The position numbers and the translations under genes are program-made. A stretch of DNA of 63,627 nucleotides, the filler included, from Hausera hauseri (Eukaryota), in assembly GCA_046269625.1 (NCBI GenBank). It is 12 parts of 12 records of this genome, joined end to end, with 100 filler letters (N's around TTAATTAATTAA, not from the genome) between each part and the next. Parts side by side here need not be neighbours in the genome. Positions count along the whole stretch, not along the records: positions 1 to 4,581 come from JBJURY010519014.1; positions 4,682 to 8,872 come from JBJURY010710880.1; positions 8,973 to 13,517 come from JBJURY010533343.1; 9 more parts are not named here. The stretch is one strand, 5' to 3'. Shown here piece after piece: positions 1-10,798 of the stretch. Each line of letters opens with the position of its first letter. Position 1 is the stretch's first letter. The notes beneath the pieces were generated by a model, which saw only the letters and a list, made by a program, of their open reading frames with translations, made no database searches and was not told the origin of the DNA.

Positions 1-119
1 CATAGGTTGGTTGCGTTGTGCATGATGATTGTATTAAAAATTGGATTGTTAAAGGTTAGATTGTTGAATGAGTGTGCGTGAAATAAAAAAGAGTGTGAAA
101 AATAAATGTGAGTGTGACA

Positions 120-265
120 TGATCCCTGGCAGGGTTCGGAGGACTGGGAGAGCAAGAGTGATCATAGCTTACCAAGAGTTGAAAGCCGTTAGACGGTCTT
201 TACAAAACTATTGTTTTATAATTGCATAATAAATGACGGCAGTGGAAACAATTGAAAATATAGAC
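120..265 (+). pseudogene. Possible DIRS-type RNase H remnant
   Basis: Broken frames give IAYQELKAVRRSLQ and MTAVETI, resembling DIRS RNase H motifs (I.xLEL.AV ... DN.TAV..I); short and degenerate. Confidence 0.25.
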
Positions 266-339
266 AAATACTCGACATTTGGTAAAAAGAATTGTACAAA
301 AGTCAGAAACATATTCCAATTGTACATTACACTTTAATT

Positions 340-612
340 AAGGAAGATGATGTCACGGATGAGTTGAAAAGAAGCAAATATGTCGACGTTGAAAAGATTG
401 TTAATCTAGTATCTCATCCACATTCGTCAACGTTATACGAACGTCATTCATTGGCTCTGAAGAAACTCCTAAAGTACTCAAGTCGAGGATTTATGGTGAG
501 AGATTCACTTCATGTCAGTAAATTGCTAATGATTTGTACTGATAGGAGCGCCATCCCTCCTCAAATTTATCTTCAATCATTGGTGGGTATTCTGGATACG
601 TGTTCTAGAGAA
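340..612 (+). pseudogene. CFAP69: Intronless N-terminal fragment of CFAP69-like protein
   Basis: VDVEKIVNLVSHPHSSTLYERHSLALKKLLKYSSRGFMVRDSLHVSKLLMICTDR resembles the CFAP69 N-terminus (DLNRVIKLL...L..L.KL...Y..G..L.DL..I.KIL.LC); truncated. Confidence 0.6.
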
Positions 613-1480
613 TGCTGAAGAGAATAATAATTCTCATAAGTGAAAAAATGAAGCTGGATGAAGAAATAATTCAATTGAAACGAGAAAATTCTAAACTCAA
701 AGCTGCTGTAAAACTCAACAACGTAAGCGCACCCGACAAAATTCAGTCGCAATTGAAACAAATCGCTGATCAGTATTTTAAAGAAAGTAAAGGCCTCAAA
801 AGTAATCTGAATGATAGACTAAAGGAGATAAATGAATTAAAAGATAAACTCGAAACTATACAATCTGAGGTGGAAGTACTGCGAAAAAGTGGACTGGGTA
901 TCGACACACAAATCGTAACAGACAAACGAGACGAAGCGCGAAATCAATTGTGTGGCTTGGAAGAAAACGTTCAGCGAGAGGCAACGACATTGAATGGTTT
1001 GAGAAAAGTCTCGCAGAACTGAGAGAGAGAAATAAAAAGATGGGTGAAAAATCTATGCTTAGACATTTTTTGAAGTCGAAGATGAATTTATTGGTGCTGA
1101 GAAACTGACTCCAGAACAAAGAGAAAGAATTTTATTCCTTGAAGTGTCATTGGATACTTTGACAAAATCAAATAGAAAAACACTTCGAGAAAATACTGAC
1201 CGAATTCGACGAAAATATCTCACAAAAACGTTTAATCGACAAACCTTAGACGCCACAATGAGAAGTATGAAGGAATCATTACATGAGAAAGAAAAGGATG
1301 ATGAGAGTTTAAAGCAAAAACTGTTAGTATGACTAGCAAATCGGGTAAAAAGAATTTGGATGTTTTTGGAACAAGAAAATTCGAATAAAGAAAGAGATTT
1401 CCTAAAGAATCTCTGCGAAAAAATATCGTTACTAATTATTTTGCATCGGTCTATGGAAAACAATTCATTTTTAATGAAGT
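612..1480 (+). pseudogene. Frameshifted coiled-coil protein fragment(s), source unknown
   Basis: K/E/L heptad-rich ORFs 612-1022 and 1144-1332, separated by stops and frameshifts. Confidence 0.4.
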
Positions 1481-1569
1481 GGTTGAATTGAAAACTCTGA
1501 ATATGTCTATGAAAATAATTTTTACAAGTAGAGAAAATACAACAAATAAAGAAAAACAGAATAATAAAG

Positions 1570-2275
1570 ATCAATGCATTGAGGATTTCTGTCATGATCA
1601 AGACGCTAAATCTGCGGTTACCTTTATAAAGACAAAGGAGGCAGTGTGTATATTAAAGCTGAATTATACCGTTTCCCAAATAGTTATGACAAAGACAAAT
1701 TGTCGTGCAGCAAATGAACACATACAGATCGCCAGTTTGGAGGAGTACGAAATTGATCATCGAATTGCACAATCCTATCGTGAAAAGATACAGACGTATT
1801 GTCAAAATGAATTGACAGGTAAAAGGGAGGATGGTGATGATCATCAAGGTAATTAAATAGTAACGAAGGTGGCCATTATATCGTGTTTGAATGGGAAATT
1901 GTTGGAGGTATCATCAAGTAATGGAAAACCGGCATTTGACGACAAGTACCGTAAAAAATTCTCATTTGAACTGTTGCAGCGATCAGAAACGGTGAAATTA
2001 GATCCATTATTGTTGAAAGATTGTAAAAGAGAGATTTAAATGTATTGTAAAGATAAAATTTTAGAAGAAATATCTACCTGTCTACGCAAACCTCAAGACA
2101 AATTATCGGACGACTACCATCTGCGTACTTTCAAAAGTGAACGACTAGAATCACTTGATGCGAATCGAGATAATAAATTGAAAAGAGTTTGTAGAAGTAT
2201 GATTGAGAAATTTTGTATTGACAGATCTGGTAATGAACTGTTCCAATGTCTTCGATTAAAAATAGAATATGATAA
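1570..2275 (+). pseudogene. GLG1: Intronless fragment of GLG1 (Golgi apparatus protein 1) Cys-rich repeats
   Basis: Across frameshifts: IEDFCHD...CRAANEHIQIASLEEYEID...IQTYC...ELLQRSETVKLDPLLLKDCKRDLKMYC...CLRKPQDKLS...DNKLKRVCRSMIEKFC...LFQCLRLK; follows the GLG1 repeat order. Confidence 0.75.
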
Positions 2276-2352
2276 ATGTTGTGAATTGAGTTTGTTGAGA
2301 TTGGAGAGACGAACGAATGACGGTTGTTTGAATTCTGACTCGGCGAAGAATT

Positions 2353-3198
2353 ATGAAAGAGACAAGAAAGATTTGCAAAGTTCAAAAATTGAAAGATCTC
2401 CGATCAACAAAAAAGGTCAAAATTGAGAGAGCTAATTTTATGTGCTTGATAAATCAAAATCTTAACGATATTCAGAAAATACGGCTTAAATGTCGGCATA
2501 GACTTCTTGAAATCATCATCGAGGACCATCATCGAAAATTATCGATAAAAGAAAGCGGTTATAACAATGACAGTAACATGGAAATAAAGATGACTAGGAA
2601 CGACGACAAAGATAAAAACAACGATCTATTAATGAAGAACGATCAGTTGAGTTATGACAATTTTATTCTATGTCAGATGATTAATGTGATCCGAGCGGTG
2701 CTCTTGAGAATGTTAACGGCTCTCATTAGAGCCACAATTACTGATTACGATGGGGTTCCGGATCCCCTTAAAAAATCCATAACAATCATTATATTGATAA
2801 AACCAATCCGAGATTACAGAAGCATAACCGAATTATACCTTACTGGTCGGGTAAACAATCTACTCTACAATCGAAGGACCGCTGGACATGGAAAGCATGG
2901 AATCACTGATATCACATTTGAGAATCGAACCAGCAAAGATGAGATCGAGGAGATAATATCAAACAAAAGAAAGGTCAGTTATTCTACATTGCTGTATATA
3001 TTATCGTTACCCGTTTCTGCTCCCCGCCTCAAACTTCCTTTTGGTGATTACCGTAATAAAACTTATTGGGGGAAATTGTCTCGCGTTTATATTATCGTTT
3101 TAAGCCATTTAATAATAAACATAAAAATAAACCTACTCTACTTTGAGAATTTGTCTTCAAAGGTAATTACACAAAACATTGAATTCGACATCTCATAA
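2353..3198 (+). CDS. Unassigned ORF, 281 aa, probably a chimera of fragments
   Basis: ORF track only; no recognisable motif. Confidence 0.2.
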   Translation: MKETRKICKVQKLKDLRSTKKVKIERANFMCLINQNLNDIQKIRLKCRHRLLEIIIEDHHRKLSIKESGYNNDSNMEIKMTRNDDKDKNNDLLMKNDQLSYDNFILCQMINVIRAVLLRMLTALIRATITDYDGVPDPLKKSITIIILIKPIRDYRSITELYLTGRVNNLLYNRRTAGHGKHGITDITFENRTSKDEIEEIISNKRKVSYSTLLYILSLPVSAPRLKLPFGDYRNKTYWGKLSRVYIIVLSHLIINIKINLLYFENLSSKVITQNIEFDIS

Positions 3199-3359
3199 TA
3201 TTTCATTGTACCTATATCGCTCCAGACCTATATTAACATTACAACAGATGGTTGGAAAAATTAAATACAAGACAAGTAACCAACTGCCTGTTGGGCGGGT
3301 TTGTCCGTTAAATAAATATATAAATAAAAGAATTTTGTATTTATATTTGAGGAACTGTA

Positions 3360-3952
3360 TGAGTAGGTTCGTTGCGTTGTCACCAGATATTCTTATCATT
3401 CTTTATAGTGGAAAAATTGTAAATATTTATAATAATACAAATGAAATGATAGCTTTTTGCGAAATTATGACAAACCATACTTGGAGAAAGCCCATTGTTG
3501 TTAAATTAGATGAGTTAAAAACTTTAAGTTTTATTCTAGCGAAGTATTACTCATATAGAGATTACATGTACCATTTAGAACCAGATGTTTTGAATTCTTT
3601 TCTAGGAAAAAGATACCTACGACCTAATGGTGCTTTAATTTCCATTGGGAAACTCGTTATCGGAATTGGCTATGCCAGCCAACATATGCCAAGGTTAATA
3701 GATCAAAAAACTGTCGATGTTGTTGTAGGATTTATTAAAGATGTTGTTAACTGCATGTGGAACTATTTGGGATGTAAAGGAGCAACATATACCAATAAGA
3801 ATGTTTTATTTAAGCAAGTGGATGAAGCCGATGAAACAAAATCAAATCTATTGGTAAAGTGTTTTATAAGAATTATGGAAAACAAGTTAGGGATCAAGCT
3901 ATCGATTGATGAAATTCTAGTTGCTATTCAAAAGATTGTTATAATAGTTTAA
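3360..3952 (+). CDS. Unassigned ORF (ATG near 3359, about 197 aa), globular-looking orphan
   Basis: Long open frame in AT-rich DNA with ordinary composition; family not recognised. Confidence 0.35.
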
Positions 3953-4581
3953 ACCGGTATGAAAGGGATTATTAAGTGGCCATAAAAAGGAAAACAAAAA
4001 ATATCGTATAATACTCAAAAGATGTAGAAACTGGAATACAAAAAGACTCTAAAATCACAGTAATGAATCTGGATAACGTTAAAAACTATAATAACAAATG
4101 CAGTGAAAAAAGGAAACTGTAGAACGATCATGTTCAAACCATCAAAAAGATGGTTGGAAATGGAAAGTGTAAAGATCTGACATCGCTAAGAAACACCATC
4201 TGGTTAAACACTCTATCCAAAATTTCATAACTGATATCTGATCTTCATATACAGCATCTCAAAGGTTCATCTCTTACCGAGACCTTCAGCCGGCTTGGCT
4301 CTTGCTATCCCTGAGTCCAAAAGTCATGGATTTCATTATTAATCTTCATGATAACTGCCAGCAAAAGGGGGCAAACATGCCAAGACAGATTAAAAGAATT
4401 ATAAGCTATCATTATCACTCATCAAACATAATAACCAAATAAAGAAAACAACACCAGAATTTGAATTTGCTTCAACAAAGAAAAGTTCACTCATTTTTAC
4501 ACTTTCTCGAGTCAATTGAGGTGTTACATTTGAGGTGTCAATTAAAAAAAAAAACAGAACAATAAATTAAAGTGCTCGAGA

Positions 4582-4681
4582 NNNNNNNNNNNNNNNNNNN
4601 NNNNNNNNNNNNNNNNNNNNNNNNNTTAATTAATTAANNNNNNNNNNNNNNNNNNNNNNNNNNNNNNNNNNNNNNNNNNNN
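4582..4681. other. Artificial contig linker N44-TTAATTAATTAA-N44; also at 8873-8972, 13518-13617, 19121-19220, 23396-23495, 31627-31726, 36639-36738, 41035-41134, 45877-45976, 50621-50720, 59554-59653
   Basis: Identical 100-nt block occurs 11 times; TTAATTAATTAA gives stops in all six frames; flanks are unrelated. Confidence 0.98.
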
Positions 4682-5098
4682 GAATGCTACGTAAAGATGT
4701 CATTCTTCCTCTTCAATTGTGCCTATTATTCCGGAAATTCGGCCATTAACGAGCCAACAACACCCTTCGAACCAATAGTAATATCACGAGCAGAATGTCA
4801 GGATGCTTTTATGACCGGAATAATAACGAATCAAAATGCACAAATACCTGCAGTAAGAAATAGATTATTTGGAAGAGATTATTTGAAAAAAGTAACCAAA
4901 AATGTTATGGAAAAGATATGGGGAAAGTTTCTATATTTCGGCCAAGCAGCCTCTGGTTTTCTAGCGATATACTTTATTATTAGTGCTCTATGAACAGTAT
5001 TCACTGCGCTTGGTAAAGCATATGGAACACATGCAGCAGTAGGCTGCTCTTGGAAGATTCTAATAGCAGTGATACCGGCAGTAGCAAGTTGTTTGTAG
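4682..5098 (+). pseudogene. env: Chuvirus-like envelope glycoprotein with in-frame internal deletion
   Basis: N-terminal EC..FLFNC...PTTPFEPIVISRAEC..A..G joined near 4860 to membrane-proximal KIWGKFLYFGQAASGFLAIY, a motif shared with 33240-33330. Confidence 0.75.
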
Positions 5099-5509
5099 CA
5101 AACCACGAAGCACAATGGAAAAGAAAGGTACTCCGAAAAAAGGAAGAGATTCACCATATAGTACGCTAAACGACAAAAACAACGATGATGGCAATCTAAA
5201 TTTTAAATTGAAAAACGGCAAACACATGTCTAAATTCAGGTGATTCGTACTGAAACCGCAAAAGCAGAGATATAGGCAAAGATTGGTAACCGATTTACCT
5301 CAATTAAATGCAACAGATGAATACCACGGACAGGTTTATAACGAGCAAGTGATGGTAAACGCATCAGCTCCTTGGAATATAACCTATGCAGAGCTGTACC
5401 CCACGTATCAACTACAACAGATGAAACAGAGTTTTGACGAAAAATCCAACGCCTTACAAGCATGAACCTACATATAAAACACACTATAAGAACGAACGGC
5501 AGCTACCCA

Positions 5510-8500
5510 TAAGACCGGATGTAAAACAGAGGTAAATGGATATCCGTTGAGGGCTTTACTAGATACAGGATCTACGACCACAATAATGGGAGAGTCAATT
5601 ACCGAAAGAATTAAAGAAAAAATTAAGGGAGCAAAAAACAAAGCTAGTAAACATCGGAGCATTTGGCATAGAAGAAATCAAGATGGTCCTGTACGCCGAA
5701 ATTAAGATCGGTAAGCAAACCTTAAAGCACACCATAAGGATAGCAGAGAATTTGACCAATGAAATCTTGATCGGATACGATATATTGAACCAAATAGAAA
5801 ATGCTTACATTGATGTGAGAACAGTCCAACTTAAAACGTTTGATAAAGATCAAAATGAAGGAACAGTCTCATTAGTAAAATACATCATAATCCCACCACG
5901 CTCCGATATAGTGGTACACGGAAAAATAGAAAGTAAATTACTAATTGAGGCTGTACACTTTGAACCATTCTCACAAATTATGGAAAAATATGAAGTCCTT
6001 GTTGCCCCACACGTAGACAAAGTAAGGAATGTAAAAGTCCATTTAATAATTTGTAACATGACGAACAAAGAAAACGATTAAGAAAAGATACTAGATTGGG
6101 AAAAGTAATGACTATTGAAGAAGTAATAAAGGAAGAACTTAACTCGGTAATCTCAGATGTAGATAAAATAGGAAAATGATGAAGGAAAGTTAAAGAAAGA
6201 GACAAACAGAGGCAAAGGAGGAATGAAAACTACCAGTATTAACTGGGAGGATAAGTAACAGCAATGTGAGGTTCTGACTAAAGAAGAGAAGAAGATGGTA
6301 ACGAAATTTTTAGAGAAAAGTCACAATCGATTTGCGCAGAACGATTACGATTTGGGAACAATGAGCGTAATACAACATACTATTAAGTTAAAAGGACAGG
6401 AGAAACCGATAAAGAAAAGGATGTATCGATTAGCTTATGACAAAAAGCAAGAAGCACGAAAAATAGTAAAAGAATTGAGAGAAAATAAGATCATTCGGCC
6501 ACGTTGCTCCCCATGGACAGTTGCAGTAATAATGTCAAGAAGAAAGATAGGACTATGAGATTTTGTATAGATTACAGAGCATTGAATGAAATGACTTAAA
6601 CGGATACATATCCGTTACCAAGAATTGGCGAAATATTAGATAAATTATACGGATCGACAATATTTACTACTATCTATTTACAGAAAGGCTATTGGCAAAT
6701 AGAAATGAAGGAAGAAGATAATCCAAAGACAGCATTCTCAATCGGCCAAGGATTATGGAAATTTAACAGAATGCCATTCGGAGTAAAGAATGGTCCGCCA
6801 ACATTCCAAAGAGGGACAGAACTTCTACTCTTAGATGCCCCTCACGCCATGGTATATATTAACGACGCAATAATAGCATCGTCAAACTTTCAGCAGCATT
6901 TGAAGGATTTACAAGACCTCTTCGATAGATGCGAAATAATGGGCTTAAAGATAAATCAAAAAAATATTCGTTTGCCCAAGCTGAAGTAGATTTCCTTGGA
7001 CATTAAGTTGATAGACATGATGTAAAGCCTCCAGATAAACTCTTAGGAAAAATCACAGACTTTGCGAAACCAACTATGGCTAGAGATTTACGTCGATTCC
7101 TAGGTTTGGCAAATTATTATCGAAGATTTATAAAGGATTTCAGCAAAATTACGAAACCTTTGTATGAACTGCTGCGGGAAGACCTAGAAAAAGTATTACG
7201 GACTAACGAGTGCAAAAAGCTTTCGAATACCTGAAAGATGGACTATTAATGGCTCCAATGTTGATCCATCCATATATGACCAAGCCATTCATCTTGGCAA
7301 CCGATGAAAGTGACTAGGGAGTCGGAGCAGTGTTATCACGAAAGAGTGAGGATGGAAAAGAACATCCAGTGACCTATGCCTCGAGGAAACTTAACAAACA
7401 TCAAAAGAAATATGCGGTGATTGAAAAGGAATTATTAGCAGTAATATTTCCCTTGGAAGTATTTTCGCAGATCATAAACCGCTCCAATGGTTAAATCAGC
7501 ATGGGAATCCAAATATTAGATTGCTACGATCGGCTTTAAAGCTACAGCCCTATATGTTAAATTTTCAGTATAAACCTGGATCGCGAAACACAAATGCGGA
7601 TTACCTATCTAGAATACCCAATAATCCAGGAACAGAAAAAGCAGTAGTTGCAGCCGTATGGAGCATGAATGGATCCGTAGAAAAAATTAAGGCAAATCAA
7701 AATGAAGACGCTGAAATAAGGACCATTCGGAAACACATAAAGGACAAAATCATACCGGCTGATAGAGAGTTAACCGGCCATCTGGCCCGATTTAGTGAAG
7801 CTTACGAAGAAGGAGAGGAATTTTTATACTTCATTCATCAAAACGGACCCGCTTTAGTAATTCCTAAAAAATAGAGCAGTTCTATTAACCCAATACCAAG
7901 ACGGACTACTTGGGGGACACCAATCAGCCAGTAAAACGCTTAATAAACGGAAACGGAAATACTTTTGGCCGACGATGACGAAAGATGCACAGGAATGGTG
8001 CAACAGTTGTAAATTATGTGCTACCCGGAATAACACGGGATCAAAATACAAAGCACCTCTGAACGTTTGGGTTAATTCTCCAGCACCGTTCGAGTTTACT
8101 GCTATGGATATAACAGGACCATTACCGCTAACACGGAATGGAAATAGATATATATTAGTTTTTCTTGACTGTCTCACTCGATTGGTTGTTGTCCTACCAA
8201 TGGCTGATATGAAGGCCGATACAATCTCTGAGAAATTCGTGGAGAATATAGTATTTAACTATGGATCCCCGAGAATCCTCTTAATTGATCAAGCATCAAA
8301 TCTAACCGGCACTGTAATGCAATCGATATATGGCACTCTAAAGATATTAAAACTCCGATCCACACATGGACATCCGGAGAATAATAGAATGATCGAGAGG
8401 TATATCGGAGATTTAAAAGAGAGATTACAAACGGTGGTAAATACTAGACAAGACGATTGGAATGAGTATATCAATGCATGTATTTTTGTAAACCGGACAT

Positions 8501-8872
8501 TGGTCCATGAAGGTACTAAAGAAACACCATTTTACATAATGTACTTAAGGGACGCAAGACTACCAATCGATTTAGATTTTAATATGAAACCAGTTTTACA
8601 CTTAATGGAAATAGAAGACTATAAACATCTAATGCAGGAACGCCTTCAGTTAGCAAGTAAAACAATTAGAAGTAATCAAAAAGATTATAAATTGAAATAT
8701 AAAAAGTAGTACGATAAAAAGACCAAGCAGCCAAAAATTAAGATAGGGGACCAAGTTATGTTATATTCACCGACAATTAAAAAGGATAAATCATCTAAGT
8801 TGGATAGGCCATATAAAAGACCATATGAAGTAGAAAAATGGACCTACCGAATATTTGTCTGAAAAAATAACA
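5510..8872 (+). mobile_element. pol: Decayed Ty3/Gypsy pol (PR-RT-RNaseH-IN)
   Basis: PR ALLDTGS (Asp codon 5562-5564); RT SPW, FCIDYRALN, KTAF, MPFG.KN, YIND; RNaseH LATD..D.GVGAVL; IN GGH..YFWP..C..C, MDITGPLP, GPY/F-like end; stops and frameshifts. Confidence 0.93.
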
Positions 8873-8972
8873 NNNNNNNNNNNNNNNNNNNNNNNNNNNN
8901 NNNNNNNNNNNNNNNNTTAATTAATTAANNNNNNNNNNNNNNNNNNNNNNNNNNNNNNNNNNNNNNNNNNNN

Positions 8973-9152
8973 TTCATCTAAATAGAGAGGTATTCTACTG
9001 ATATAGGCTTGTTGGTCAACACCTAATCCTTCGCTTAATAAGCGATAAGTTTTTAAACACTTAAGTAAACCGGCCGGGTCACTGTATATTTTTGGAATAT
9101 TCAAAGTCTAATGTATAGTTAAGTTAATGGGTTGCTGTGTGGCTTGTGCCAT
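8973..9152 (-). pseudogene. gag: Gypsy gag N-terminus, truncated by contig end
   Basis: MAQATQQPINLTIH*TLNIPKIYSDPAGLLKCLKTYRLLSEGLGVDQQAYISRIPLYLDE, downstream of LTR and PBS; capsid-like LPLYL motif. Confidence 0.55.
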
Positions 9153-9787
9153 TTCGTTTTGTAAATCGGGATATAGTAATGTGAGATTTAAAGATTCTAG
9201 TGCTATTACTAAATCTTTAAGTTCTAGAAGTTGGGTGGAGTCGACAGTGGCGCGTTTAATAGGATTTCATTTTGTTTTTCTGGGTATATTTGTGTTTTAA
9301 CTTTAACCCTGTTTTAGAGAAAAGTCCTGCTAGGGTCGCAAGAAATGTTGGTTCTCTGTCCAAAATTTCCACTTTACACGAAAGTTTTATTTGGATTCTT
9401 GTCTCTTTTGCTATTTGAATTTTATCCAAATAGGAACGTCCGTAGTTTTATTGCGTTATAGCACAAATCTTTTGCTGATTGTTTTTAGCAAAAATTATAT
9501 AAATCAAATTGGTAATGTTGTTAGTAGTCCTATGTTGTAGTATGGAGTAGACTTTAAGAAGAAGATATTTGTAATCTTCTTTCGATTTAAATGCCAAATA
9601 GGCAGAGCAATTTAACTCTGGCCTTACTGAAAACAATGGAATTAAATAGTATTTTTTGGGTTGCTTTTTCTGTATTAACTTCCTTTATAAGAATTTTAGG
9701 ATTTCCAGTTTAAAGCAGACAGTTAATTAACCTTAATGTTTAAATTTATTTAGTTAATGTGTTCAGCGTTGGTCTACTATGTTTTCG

Positions 9788-9797
9788 ACCGCTGCCA
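9788..9797 (-). promoter_or_regulatory. Primer-binding site, tRNA-Leu type
   Basis: Minus strand GTAACA-G-TGGCAGCGGT: TGG-starting tRNA complement 1 nt after the LTR-terminal CA. Confidence 0.75.
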
Positions 9798-9798
9798 C

Positions 9799-10566
9799 TG
9801 TTACTTAGTGGTTAATAAATTAAATTATTTCAAACAAAGTAAATCAATTAAGTCGTGAAATAATTTTATAACGATGAACAAAAATAAACAAACCGAACGC
9901 AATGTCGACTGACAATGAATTAGTTTGTATTTGCAGTACAAGAGGAGATCGGGAAGAGGCTGACTCCACAATATCAAAATTGAAATTGAAAAGATTTCGA
10001 CTGATTCAAAAATCTCTGGTTTCACTGTCTTCTTTTATTTAGAAGCGTGCTACTCAGTTAGTTTTAATTTTTTGTCGTCGTTATTATTTTATCTTTACAT
10101 TATATAATAATTTTTATATCGGGTGGAAAACTTACAATACTGTAGGTGTTGTTCTAATTTTCTAGTAGGTGAGTGATTATCTGTGGGTGCTTTTTCGTTA
10201 CAGATACTATTAGTACATAAAGTCTGTGGGTGCTTTTTATTTACTATGCGTAAATCGTTGCAGATATTATTAGTGCATAAAGCGTAAATTGCTACCAATA
10301 TTGTTGTGAGTATTCTGTTGTGCGTAGATTGCTGTCAGTGTGATGATCTTGTAAATTGCAGCGGATATCATCGCTAATAATTTTACTAATTGAATGCAAA
10401 TTACTACGAATTGTTATCGTGTTTCGATTGAATATTGAATTGATTGTTAGACGTAAATTGAAACGTTAAATGCAAATTTCTATTGCATTTGGTTAAATTA
10501 ATTCGTGTTCCTTTAATTCTATTGACATTTTATGTTCTATAAAAATTTGCTCATTGTTCCTCAACA
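9799..10566 (-). repeat. LTR, 768 bp
   Basis: Minus strand begins TGTT right after a PPT and ends AACA right before a PBS; short internal repeats around 10180-10290. Confidence 0.8.
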
Positions 10567-10578
10567 TCTCCCCCCTTT
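10567..10578 (-). promoter_or_regulatory. Polypurine tract
   Basis: AAAGGGGGGAGA directly before TGTTGAGG. Confidence 0.8.
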
Positions 10579-10798
10579 AAAAGAAAAAATTTTCATTTCG
10601 TTTAAAAGGAAAAATTTTATCAAATTTAATCAAATGAGGTCGATTTTCTCGTAGCAAAAAAAATAAAATGTACATAAATATTACAATTTATCATAAAAAT
10701 ACAGAGTATGAAAACATAATAGATAAAGGAGTATAGACAGAAGCAATAATGAAATATATACAATGTAAGAATGTCCGTTCTTGATCCACTGGTTACTA

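Noticed and set aside
4626-4637. Repeated TTAATTAATTAA as a biological repeat or CRISPR-like array
   Set aside because: Always centred in 88 Ns; it is a contig-joining linker, so adjacency across it means nothing
5860-6120. Post-protease IPPRS beta-rich region as a novel domain
   Set aside because: Common linker (dUTPase-like relic) in many Gypsy pols; no catalytic motifs
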